Part shown: positions 11,943-23,130 of the stretch, piece by piece
Position numbering within the stretch: position 1 is the first letter of the stretch
Layout: each line of letters opens with the position of its first letter
Assembly (NCBI GenBank): GCA_950097015.1
Contig: CATNEN010000029.1
Span: forward strand, 7,130,001-7,194,000
Direction: 5' to 3'
DNA length: 64,000 nt
Source of the DNA: Macrostomum hystrix
Lineage: Eukaryota; Animalia; Platyhelminthes
Notes under the pieces: generated by a model
The model's input: only the letters and a program-made list of their open reading frames with translations
Told to the model about the DNA's origin: nothing
Database searches by the model: none
Made by a program: the position numbers and the translations under genes

Positions 11943-13217
11943 ATGTTTCTACTTCCGTACGAGCGCGAGCTGTACAACGAATTCGTCGATTTTCGAGTCC
12001 ACAAATGGCTGGAATGGGCGGCCGCGCCTTGCCTGCTGTCGGTTGGCACGGCGGGCAACCTGCTAGCCGTGTGGGTCCTCTGGCGCGGCCGCTGCGGCAC
12101 CTTCGCCTACCTGCTGGCTCTGGGATTGGCCGACCAGCTGGCCCTGAGCAGCGGCCTACTGCCCGGCTGGCTGCGTCACTTCGCCGGATTCGACGTCACT
12201 CTGACCGGCAACGTCGCCTGCGCCGGCGCCCAGTTCCTGTTCGGCGCCTCGAGCCACCTGAGCGTCTGGCTCATTGTTGCCGTGACAGTCGAGCGTGTCG
12301 GCATCGTGCAACGCAGCAGCGCCGCTCAACAGCGACCGGCCGTCGACGCCGCCGCTTCTGTCGGCCGGGCCCGCCTCCTCATCTGCCTGTTGACTGTCGC
12401 CAGCGTACTGGCCAACACTCACTGGCTGTTTCTGCTGCGCAGGTATGAGCACAGCTGGCCAGGCGCCAACGAGACCAGCCCGGTGTGCGGCATCGCCGAG
12501 GCGCACTGGAACCTCGCTGGCCCCCTGGCCTGGATGGACTCCGCTCTCTACTGCTTCCTGCCTTTCTGCATCATTCTCGCCTGCAACTGTCGCATTGTGC
12601 ACGTGCTGCGCACTGCAGCAGCCTCGGTTGGAAGGTCGTCGCAGCAGTCGACGAAGCCATCCGAAGCGGCCCCTTCGTCGCGCGATCGTTCGTCCTCGCA
12701 GGCCACTCTGGTGCTTCCGCGACAGCAGCGCCAGATTCAGCTGAGACGCCTCACGCCCGGCTTCAATCGCAATTTTCGACAGTTGACCATCACCCTGCTG
12801 GCCGTGTCCGGCATGTTCCTCATTGCCGCCCTGCCCATCACAGCCCTGAAGGTTGTCACCTACCTGTGCAACTTTGCGTCAGTTGACGACTCCGATGCCA
12901 GCTTTCACAGTCGCTACCTGCTGGTGCAGAGCTGCGCCCAGTTGCTGATGTACACCAACCATTCCACGAACTTTTTTCTCTACTGCCTGTGCGGCAATAA
13001 ATTTCGACGTCAACTTCGGGCTCGATGGTCTGGCTGCTGCTGCTTCGGTGGCGGTGGCGTGGCCGGCGCTCAGAGCCTCGGAACTCGTGGCGGCTGCGGT
13101 GCCCGCTGCATCAGTGCGGCAGCCCGTCCAGGAGGCGTCAGAGGAGCCGAAGAGCCAGCAGCGCGGGCCGTTGTCAACGCCACAGACCGAGCCGAGATTC
13201 GCGACTCGAGCGCCTGA
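11943..13217 (+). CDS. Intronless class A (rhodopsin-like) GPCR, FMRFamide/peptide-receptor-like orphan, 424 aa
   Basis: Seven hydrophobic segments. TM1 GTAGNLLAV, TM2 LALADQL-like (LGLADQL), TM3 AVTVERV, ECL2 Cys, TM5 LYCFLPFCII, TM6 MFLIAALP, TM7 NHSTNFFLYCL. The start is chosen at the first in-frame ATG inside the GC-rich block. Confidence 0.93.
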   Translation: MFLLPYERELYNEFVDFRVHKWLEWAAAPCLLSVGTAGNLLAVWVLWRGRCGTFAYLLALGLADQLALSSGLLPGWLRHFAGFDVTLTGNVACAGAQFLFGASSHLSVWLIVAVTVERVGIVQRSSAAQQRPAVDAAASVGRARLLICLLTVASVLANTHWLFLLRRYEHSWPGANETSPVCGIAEAHWNLAGPLAWMDSALYCFLPFCIILACNCRIVHVLRTAAASVGRSSQQSTKPSEAAPSSRDRSSSQATLVLPRQQRQIQLRRLTPGFNRNFRQLTITLLAVSGMFLIAALPITALKVVTYLCNFASVDDSDASFHSRYLLVQSCAQLLMYTNHSTNFFLYCLCGNKFRRQLRARWSGCCCFGGGGVAGAQSLGTRGGCGARCISAAARPGGVRGAEEPAARAVVNATDRAEIRDSSA

Positions 13218-13324
13218 CGCACTCAGACTTGAATAATATTTCTAACGAAACTCACTGCAATACAAACACAATTACTATAAAGAACTCAGATACGAGTACA
13301 TTCTTTGCCTCCATAGATCATCGT

Positions 13325-13705
13325 AGATCATGGTAGAGATGAATCATGGTAGAGATAAGACATGGTAGAGATGAGACATGGTAGAGATAAGACATGGTAG
13401 AGATGAGACATGGTAGAGATAAGACATGGTAGAGATGAGACATGGTAGAGATGAGACATGGTAGAGATGAATCATGGTAGAGATAAGACATGGTAGAGAT
13501 AAGACATGGTAGAGATAAGACATGGTAGAGATAAGACATGGTAGAGATAAGACATGGTAGAGATAAGACATGGTAGAGATAAGACATGGTAGAGATAAGA
13601 CATGGTAGAGATGAGACATGGTAGAGATAAGACATGGTAGAGATGAGACAGTGCAGAAAGGAGACAGGGGAGAGATGAGACATGGAGAGATGAGACATGG
13701 TAGAG
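13325..13705. repeat. 16-bp minisatellite (catggtagagataaga)
   Basis: About 22 tandem units. Shares gagataagacatgg with the array at 10260-11640. Confidence 0.95.
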
Positions 13706-14189
13706 ATGAGTCCATGGACTGAAAAGCTGTACGCTGTATTAAAAAAATATTTTTTGAATATTATCATCATCGTTTTTTAACTTGACATAATTGAAAAGTT
13801 TTTTTCGCTCTCATTGTAATTGCGCAAGCAAATTGTAAGTGTAAATTTGTAAATGGTTTGTTTTCTATTCTTTTCCTTGGTTGAAAAAACTGACACTTTG
13901 GTTGTCAAGTATGCACAAATCACATGCGCTTCAAAAGTTAATAAATTCTCGAATGGAGATTCATAATTTAAATTTTAAACCTAATGTATATATACACTAA
14001 TCAATATACGAAATCTCAAAAATATTTACAGGGGGTCAAAACGATTTTGAAGGGCTTCGGTGTCAGAGTCTTTCTGTCTCTTTGCTTGTTTTTTCTTCAT
14101 CTCCTAAAATATTCAAACACAAGAAGCAGCGATATAGTAAATTAAATATAATTATTTTCATGGACGCATAATAGAGGTTTATGCACAGC

Positions 14190-14370
14190 AATGCTAGCAG
14201 TGTCAGTTGTCCTTGTCACCAGGGTCATTAACAGGAATCGCTGAATATCTCGCCGATGCTGACGTCGGACGGCATTGAAGGTTAGCTCATCGTAGAGAGC
14301 AGAGTTTCGATTAATATAGTAGGCTTTCATAAAAATCACTCATTCGGTTTGGGAGGTATCGTGAAGTAGA
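14190..14370 (-). mobile_element. Copy of an unidentified dispersed repeat (repeat X)
   Basis: Aligns by eye with 32630-32730 (+), 32850-32887 plus 33426-33620 (-), 62730-62960 (-) and 63610-63739 (-). Confidence 0.7.
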
Positions 14371-16976
14371 TCCGGGCCAGTCCGGGCCAGCCAGGTTGGG
14401 CAAACGCCAACCACCCCGTCATTCCTACCCCTGCACTGGAGTCCCGGCCAATCAGATTGCGATCCGATCTCGCTGAATTTCAACCCCGGCGAGAAACCAA
14501 CCCAAGGCTATAGGAAGTGGCCGCAAGTCTACTGCGATTCCACCCATCAGGGTCAAGCTGCCAGCCTGACAGCCACCCCGCCAACTGCCCTATCAGGGGT
14601 CAGTTCGGTCCATTTAATGAAACGCGTTTTCGCCTAGACCGATTCGCCTCACCTCGGGAGAAGCAAGAAAGTCGCGCTCTAAGCGTGTGATTGTTCCATC
14701 CCATTCCAGTCAGTTAGGTAGCTCTCGGCGTTCCGCGTCTTGAGAGTGCGCCGGTGGTCAAGAGTGGTCTAGATAGGAGTCTGCAGTCAAAGTCAGTAAG
14801 TGCTCTCTTCGGAGACTCCGCCGTCTGGCAGAAAGAGTGCTAACCGATGGGATCTGTCGGAGCAGCGCCGAAAGCGGAGGTAGCAGGGCCTCGTCCGCAG
14901 AGTAGGGCGTGGGTTAGGCCAGTGAATTAAAACTATTATTTCTCCTTTTCCCCTATTTTGAGTCTCGCTATTTAACTATAAGCACTAAATCTGTCAACCA
15001 ATTCTGAGCAAATTATTCATCTGTGTCAGTCTCGTCTTAACGTGTTTTTAATCATCCGAGTATAAGTCTAGTAAACGTGAAGGTAAAACGAGCAGAATAA
15101 TCATCTACTCTCCAATTCAAATATTCCAGTCTTTGTGTTCTAATTCGTTGTTTCTTTTCTCTGGAAGATTGTCGTAAGCGTCTACATCAACTCCTCAACT
15201 CATCGACATCCATGACCGCTGCTACTATCGAACTGATTGGTCATCGACATAGAATAATAGCCTACTCGGTGAGTACCTAGCTTTAAATCATCTTGATGTT
15301 TGAAGTATGTTTTTCAATGGCTATTTGTCAAATATTACTGTACAAGGTTTCCTATTGAGTTTTTTACACGCGAATGAATAATAGACTAATGAAAATCCAT
15401 CGCATTGCAGAGAATAACGCTGTGTTCGCCAATCATGACTAAATAGAGCTATTAAAAATATTGTATTGCCTAACCTTCCCTATAGCGCAGTTTTAAGACA
15501 AAGGACTTCACGCATCTCAAAGCAAAGAAGTCCTTTTAGTCCGCCCTAGATAATACAAGACCCTAATTTGGAATGCTCAATTAGGATTGCACGAATTATT
15601 GGCCATATAATGATCGTAAATAAAAATTATCTGAAGTACTATATTTGGAATGTAGAATCCTACATGTTCAGCAGCGTAATTGCAATTATGTGCGAAAGCA
15701 ATTTTACATTAACGCATTATATCCTCCTAGTTTAAGCCTCCTTCGTAAACATCCTCCGGCATGTCATATGTTTAGGTTATAGATTGGCTCGAGCGGGTAA
15801 ATATATTTTGGGGTGTACGACACGACATAGAATTGCTCAAATACATTTTAGAATTAGGTGCCGCATGCATGCAATATTAATGCAATATAACATGAAGACC
15901 TTGAGCTTAAACCTAAGAGCTATAGTATGCAATATATATTGATGCATCTTGTGAACTCGACAGTTAGCGCCAGACAAGCAAAAATAATATGGAACTCTTG
16001 TAGCAGGTATAGATCGAATATGGCTGCATCAATTGTACTGCGTAATTAACTTATTTTTTCACATGGAGAAGAATAGGAAACTAGCCATCGCATATTGGCA
16101 CATCGAACAAATAAATAGATATTTTTCCACCATTATAGATTCTTAGACGCCACACTGCATGCCTTGTTGATTTGAGAAATGGCAACAGTGTTAGAAATAA
16201 TTTAGCAAAATTTACACAAAAATGTTCTTTTCCGCGTCGTATTTTTCTCTATATTACAGACAACAAAAACTATAAACATTGCAACACGTTCAAATTAGCA
16301 ACAGTTAAGGTTGTAATATAAGAGCAGCTGCATGCCATCTATTGCCTTAGCTTCTCTGAACATAGTAAATGGTAAAAAAATTGACTACACGCACAATATC
16401 CATAGATTTTAATACCATATATATGCGTGTTCAATTATTTTTGAGTGTCGGAAATCAAGTCAATAGGATTAACAGTTTAATACATACTGTTTTAGGTACA
16501 ATTTACAGTACACTTAAATGTAAGTTTTTGCAAGTTAATACGAGATAAGGACTAAGTAACGCATTTCATTATTCACATGTGTACAAGGCCTCAGCTTTTA
16601 GGTTATAAAGAAGTGACTATTCAATGTGCAGATGAAGCTCTGAATTTTAGTTGCAAGGACTTTCGGCCTAACTTTCTTGACGAAGTCTTTGGGATCAACG
16701 TTTCAGAATTAAAATTCGTTTAAATTATTTAACTTTGTTTTTAACAAAGTCGTGAGTTATAAAGATACTTAAAAATACAAAATTTGCGAAAACAGAATCT
16801 TGTCTTAAACGAGTTTAATTTTAAAATTTTTATTTAATTTGGTTTACCAGTTAATATTAAAATGATTACCGTTTAAAAACCTATTTCCACGAAAGTGCGT
16901 TTTTACTTTGATATTCATTCTGTTTTTATCGTTTGGTCTCTCCAACATTTATTCGATTTTTTTTTACCGTAAGATA

Positions 16977-17006
16977 ATGGGTGCCGCAACTCGACGCCTT
17001 CAAAAG
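16977..17006 (+). CDS. UBE2L3: UBE2L3 (UbcH7) E2 enzyme, exon 1 (MGAATRRLQK)
   Basis: ATG...AAG|gtaac. Matches the E2 helix-1 motif xxxRRLxKEL when joined to exon 2. Confidence 0.9.
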
Positions 17007-18107
17007 GTAACGCTTCAGAAAAGTTAAATTTTGGCTTAATATTAATATTCATTGGGTACATTAGTAAATAATATTATTAAGTTTAATAAATCCAGGGCTG
17101 TGCTGTGGGCTGTGGCACATCATGTGGTGCAGTAGACCCGCAGCCAGCGAGGAGGCAATTTTGCTATTTCGCCGACTCCTGAGCACATACGCATAGTGGT
17201 GATTCGAAGTTCGATTTGAATACCCATATTTTGAAGTAGAAATTAGGATACTACTAGACCTAAAATTAAACTTTCGAATTTTTTCGCAATAGGAATAATT
17301 GATTAAAAAGTAAAGTTCTACAAAGGTATAAGTAAAAACCTGTGGGCTGTGACTGACATTTCTTATGTTTAGCTTAGAGTTGTAAATTTAGTACAGGTGC
17401 CACTTGCACTTTGTGGTTCAGAACTTATCCATCTCTTTATGTGGGTGTCATGGGCGGACACAATCATAATGTAAACATAGGGACTACTATAGTATGCAAT
17501 GAAACATCTAATAATCCACTACTGAAATTGCAAATACACAAGCACAAAAATTATTTGCATATCACACTGGGAATATAGCTGCAATGGCACATTTAATATT
17601 AATCTAACTAGATTTGCATATACCCAAGAGGAACTAACTTAAAATTAAGGAAGCACTGCAAGTTGCAGGACACAGTTACATGCTATTTCTTAACTCTGCA
17701 GCCATATTAGAAATAGACAGGACCCATAGTCCCAAGTATGCTCTGTGTATGCGAGAACTGTTTTTGCCTTGGCACACCATACGTGGCAGGTCAACCACCA
17801 ATGCACGTCGCATGCTAAGCTGAATGACGGGGGAGGAAGGTTCCAGCAACCGATTTATGAACACGTTTTTATGCTTTTATCCTAAATAAATGTGCTGCGC
17901 TATTTTTTCTACCTATGCAGCATAAACCAGACTGGTGGGAAGAATTTAAGAGGAACACAAGACACACTTTCAAATGAAAGCAAAAAATAAAACAGTTGAA
18001 CAAAATACTATATGGTTCGTATTTATTATAAGTTAAAATGCTTTATAAGTTTGTACAGCATAAAAAAACTTTTTCATTTTATTATACATACAAAAATATT
18101 ACTATGT

Positions 18108-18385
18108 ATACATACATGCGCAACCTCCCAAATCTTAGCCGGCCGTGCGACTTAGTTTTTGCTCTCATTTGCGACTTAGTTCATTTCATTGCTCTATTTA
18201 CGACTTAGTTTGCTCTCATTTGCTCTCTTTTTCTCTCCCCTTTTTCCTTTTCTTCACGCCTTCCTTTTTGGTCCCTTGGTCCCCCCTTTGATTTTTTTGC
18301 GCTTGGTCTATTGGTTTTTGCGACTTACCTTGCTTGGCCCTTGTTTCACCCGGCCGGTTCGGCCGGGTGTTGCGCATGTATGTAT
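18108..18385. mobile_element. MITE-like element in UBE2L3 intron 1
   Basis: Perfect 17-bp terminal inverted repeat atacatacatgcgcaac / gttgcgcatgtatgtat, TA-rich flanks, and internal gcgacttagt repeats. Confidence 0.7.
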
Positions 18386-19001
18386 GTATATTGTTTTGTT
18401 ATCGTGAGACATTCTGTTTAAAATTATAAAAGTTTACACCAAAACCATTGCACACAGAAAATTTTTTGATGAGCAGCGCAAAAAAATTTGCTGCCTCTCG
18501 GCTGCACACTGTGCATGTGGCGCATCACTGCCCAAGACCCTGTTGATACGAGAATTGTCCCCAAAAACTGCATCTTCGGGAGTATGGGACAGGACTAGGC
18601 TGCATTTCATTGGACAATGGTATGCAATAGGTACCCAACCCTAACTTTACAAATAGAGAACTAGAGAACACTAAAAACTATAATACAATGTCTTTGGTTG
18701 CCAGGCATTTCTGTGCCTGTGCTTTTCTGTGCCAGGCTTTTTGGTGCAAAAATACTTCAAGTTCAGGTACAATTTCAGGTAATTTTATGCTTATTGAGTC
18801 CCAAAGATAAGCTAATAAGAAGGATTAAAGTGTATAGAACGAGAAGAAAAATTTTGAAATCATCATCAGCCTAGCAATCAGGAAGACAGAGATTATCCCT
18901 GGATCCCCCTAGATATGCTAGTGCGTTAGTACTTAGCTATTGTGCCAGAATACTACTATAGCACTAGCACTTGTAGTACATAAAAAATTGCTGTCCCACA
19001 G

Positions 19002-19290
19002 GAGCTGGCTGAGATCAACAGCTCGGAGACTCTGCGTACAGTATTTCGCGATGTTCAAGTTGACGATAATAACATCCTGATCTGGTCTGGCCTGATTGTC
19101 CCTGAGAAGGAGCCTTATAATCAGCGCGCATTCCGTGTCAGAATCGAGTTCCCAGTCGAGTATCCATTTAAGCCGCCGAAGGTCACCTTTAAGACAAAGA
19201 TCTATCACCCGAATATTGACGAGAATGGCCAGGTGTGCTTGCCGATTATTAACCCCGAGAATTGGAAGCCGGCAACCAAGACTGATCAGG
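19002..19290 (+). CDS. UBE2L3: UBE2L3 exon 2 (ELAEIN...[43 protein letters not shown])
   Basis: The UbcH7-diagnostic YPFKPPK and [11 protein letters not shown] motifs are present and the catalytic Cys (QVCLP) is intact. cag/gtgagt boundaries. Confidence 0.97.
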
Positions 19291-19514
19291 GTGAGTCGCA
19301 TGGAATTTCATTTATTTATCTCAACAAACTTGCAGATGTAATGCTGACGATTTTACTCGCATATACTGAAATTTGGTGCATTGTTACTGGGAGTGAAATA
19401 ACTACCTAAAATATTAATAAACCCGATGTGACTGAACTGAAAATACAAAACAAACAAATGCACGAAAATAGCCAGAAGGCCGATATTATCGCATCCTTGT
19501 GAATTAAAGTGGGC

Positions 19515-19970
19515 TGGCGTCCTAGAATATCCCAATTGCTTGGGATCGGATGGAGTCCTAGAATATCCCAATGGCTTGGGATCGGATGGAGCCCTAGAAT
19601 ATCCCAATGGCTTGGGATCGGATGGAGCCCTAGAATATCCCAATGGCTTGGGATAGGATGGAGTCCTAGAATATCCCAATGGCTTGGGATCGGATGGAGC
19701 CCTAGAATATCCCAATGGCTTGGGATCGGATGGTGTCCTAGAATATCCCAAAGGATTGGGATGGGCTGGAGTCCTAGACTATCCCAATTGATTAGACTGG
19801 GCTGGAGTCATGAAATATCCCAATGGATTAGACTGGGCTGGAGTCATGAAATATCCCAATGGATTAGACTGGGCTGGAGTCCTGGAATATCCCAATGGAT
19901 TGGGATGGGCTGGAGTCCTGGAATATCCCAATGGACGAGGATGGGCTGGAGTCCTAGATTATCCCAATAG
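19515..19970. repeat. 36-bp minisatellite (cctagaatatcccaatggcttgggatcggatggagc) in UBE2L3 intron 2
   Basis: About 12 tandem units that drift in sequence towards the 3-prime end. Confidence 0.95.
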
Positions 19971-20083
19971 ACTTGGTTTAAAATCTAAAGGATCTCAGTA
20001 AACTAGAGTAAACTTCAAGCATTTGAAATTCACCAACCAGTGGAGGGCCTGTGTTAAAAAAACAAAGATTTCATACCACACAG

Positions 20084-20235
20084 TGGTACAAGCCCTCGTG
20101 GCTCTAGTGCACGACCCGGAGCCGGAGAATCCGCTGCGTGGCGACCTGGCCGAGGAGTACCAGCGAGACCGCAAGAAATTCATGAAGACTGCGGAGGAGT
20201 TTACTAAGAAGCACGGAGAGCCGAGACCCAGTTAA
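20084..20235 (+). CDS. UBE2L3: UBE2L3 exon 3 (VVQALVALVHDPEPENPLRGDLAEEY...KHGEPRPS*)
   Basis: Phase-1 join after the cag acceptor. Conserved PLRxDLAEEY and EEFTKKHGE motifs. Confidence 0.97.
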
Positions 20236-21399
20236 GCTGCTTGACTGAGAAATTAACAAAATAATATAGAAACCTTTATTATAGGGCGAGTAATGAATAG
20301 TATGTACTAGAATAATTTTAGGGGTTGCGTCTTATCTATTAGGAAAGATAGTGTTTGATGTTATTATGACTACTACTATGGTTTGTGTTCTAGCACATTA
20401 GTCGCCTTCATGATTATAGTAAAATTGTGTTCCAGTGCCAAAACATTTGTGGGGCATCTATTTAACGCTTTGCTTAGCAAATGTATTTGCCTAACCGATT
20501 GTCTACTCCAGGATCTGATTAAAGTAATTATTTTGTTACTTATTACTTCTTTATCGCTGAAAAACGTAGGTAGTAGTATGTAAGGAGTAAATGAAGCTGT
20601 TTTTTTCTAGCTCATAAATAGCTTATTAGTTCCTGTACTTATTCTAGTATATACGCAAAAATACTAGATTAAAGTTCTTTTTTCCCACTTTCATTAGTCA
20701 TTTTCTTTTACTCAGATTAAAATGATTGCTCCAATTGCTGCTTCTAAACTAGAAATGACTCAACACGTAAAGGCTAATTATAATGTGTCTGTAAATTTTT
20801 ATTGGTTGAACTCGGTCACGTGACTAACACCATGATTTCTAAGAAGCTTTCCTAATAATAATAGCGCATCAATCTTTCTTAGCCAACCTAATTTCGATGG
20901 CCGTTAAGTGTTGCGTCATTCTAATCAAGTTCACCTGGTCCTAAGTATGTTCCTGGTTAGTAGCTTTTATAATAAAATAAGTTTTCCATATATTTTTTCC
21001 TAAACTATTTTAAATACTTATTATCTACAATTGTCATGTAAAACTCGATCTGTAGTTCATGTCATGTTGTTTTATTTTAAAGTAAAAACTCTTTAGACAA
21101 AGAGGGAAGCACAAAAATAAAAATCAGTTTTCAAACTTTGATTTCTACAAAATAATGGCGCCGCATGGGGCTACAATAGATGAACACTTTGTGCTTTAAT
21201 TAGTGTCCTTTAGATTGATTTTTAACTCGATCAGAATTATTTGTGTCTTGGTCAATTTAAACGTAGCTCGTATGGATACCAAATTTTAGTTAATGTCGAC
21301 CGAAGTGTATCACCTGCACACGTTTGTGAATAAACGGCATCTGTAGCTACTGTGTATTTCTAATATGTACATATTTAGTACACGCATATGATTTAGTGC

Positions 21400-21790
21400 T
21401 TCAAGAAGCAACTAGGTGCAGATGCCTTACTCTCTCTGGGGAACTCTTGAAGGATTAAACTGAGACTAGTAGCGATTTGAAGGACCAAACTGAGGCTGTA
21501 GTAGCGATTTGAAGGACCAAACTGAGGCTGTAGTTGCGATTTGAAGGACCAAACTGAGGCTGTAGTACTGATTTGAAGGACCAAACTGGGGCTGTAGTAC
21601 TGATTTGAAGGACCAAACTGAGGCTGTAGTACTGATTTGAAGGACCAAACTCCCGCTGGAAAATTTTCTAGGGGCCCGCTAGGGGCACCTTCAAGCGCAC
21701 CCCTAGGGGCAACGCTAGGGGCTGCACCGCCGGCAAATGAGGGGCTCCAGAGGGGCATGCCACCATCCAGCCCCTGTGATGCCCCTAGTG
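21400..21790. mobile_element. Right half of a putative non-autonomous CACTA-like element with internal 32-bp tandem repeats
   Basis: 32-bp unit gtagtactgatttgaaggaccaaactgaggct (about 6 copies), then multiple aggggc/gcccct subterminal motifs, ending in tgcccctagtg (CACTAGGGGCA on the minus strand). Confidence 0.45.
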
Positions 21791-23130
21791 AGGAAAATGA
21801 ATAATTCTCGTTCTCGTTCTGCAAAATATTGTTCTTCATGTTTCGCTTTTCTTTAATTAGATATATTTTCTTTTCTAAGATGGTATTATCGTCAATTGTA
21901 TTATCGTATTATCATATCGTATTATCTTTAAGTAAAATCGCGATCACTAAACGCAAATCGCGTAAATTATGCCACACAAATCAGCATCTTAGATAATAGA
22001 TATGATAGTAAAATATTGGCAGAAACAGAACGACAGAAAAAACAGGTTTAGAGCGATCTGCGGAGAGATCTGCAGAGAGTGAGAGTGATAGAGAGAGTGC
22101 CAAACCGTGCGAGTAAGAATGGGTGACAGGACTGCAGAAGTGAGCGGCCGACGAACTGCATAAGTGCACACTGATAACTTTTTAATGTAAATTTTACAAA
22201 AATGTTGTAAAAATGTTGTACAGATCAAGACTAGTAGATGTTACTACGAAAAGTCTGCGGTTTAATGCTTATTTTAAGAAATTATTTTGGTAACTAATAA
22301 CATGGCTTTGCCAAATAATCACATCGTTTATCCCAATTCAACCTTTATTTTCCTAATTCATGAAAATTCAAATCCCAATTTATCCCACTTCATCCCAATT
22401 ATTTAAAATTCACCACAATTCATCAAAATTTACCCGAATTCATCCCAAATCTTCCCAATTCATCGCAAATCTTCCCAATTATTTCCAATTCTTCCCAGAT
22501 TTACTCCCCATTGGCTGTAAAAAGAAATGAAAGTAATTTTTACTCCCGTAAATTAGTAAATAATACTCTACAAAATATTTGACTGCGAATTTCAGTAGTA
22601 AAATTCACAATAAAAAGTTATCAGTGTGTGGACTTCGGCTTGAGGGAGTGAGTGGTGTACAGCTGCGTTGGAAATCAAGTAGCGCCACTTCAATGCGAGG
22701 GAAGGGCATGGACCTGGCAATAATATCGTTGCAAACCGCATAAGATAAAAAAAAGTGAGAAAAATCGTGACAAATAAAATTGTCATTGAAAATGCAACAG
22801 GGCTGCACGTGAATCAGTGAAGGACTGTCACATGAGGGAACGCTTCTGACTGCTGCGGCAGTGCACGACTGCCAGTCATAGCCATAGCACATAGCCAGTT
22901 TTATGAAGTATAGTTAAGTCATTGACAAAGGAAATTAATAATTACTTCAAAGGGTCAATTTAAGGTGTTATAGAAGCAAGTTTTTAATATTAATAAAATA
23001 AAAGAAAGAACCCAACAACAACTTAGTAGTGGTGGGATATTGGCAAGTAAGAAAGAGCCCTACAACATATGTGACTGACTGACAGCTACGTAAACGCTTC
23101 TTCAGTCTTCTTCCTCGTCGTCGCTGGAGA

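Noticed and set aside
14370-15070. GC-rich block with CCAAT and polyA-like signals, possibly a solo LTR
   Set aside because: No TG...CA termini, TSD, PBS or second copy could be identified.
15130-15270. Open frame LEDCRKRLHQLLNSSTSMTAATIELIGHRHRIIAYS ending at a gtgagt donor
   Set aside because: No partner exon or recognisable domain was found. It may be a real exon but is unsupported.
16060-16190. Minus-strand WWKN...PMAS...FS, reminiscent of a hAT dimerisation domain
   Set aside because: Too short and degenerate, with adjacent stops, to separate from chance.
17094-18541. CAGGG...CCCTG ends suggesting a hAT-derived insertion in UBE2L3 intron 1
   Set aside because: The TIR match beyond 5-6 bp is patchy and there is no TSD.
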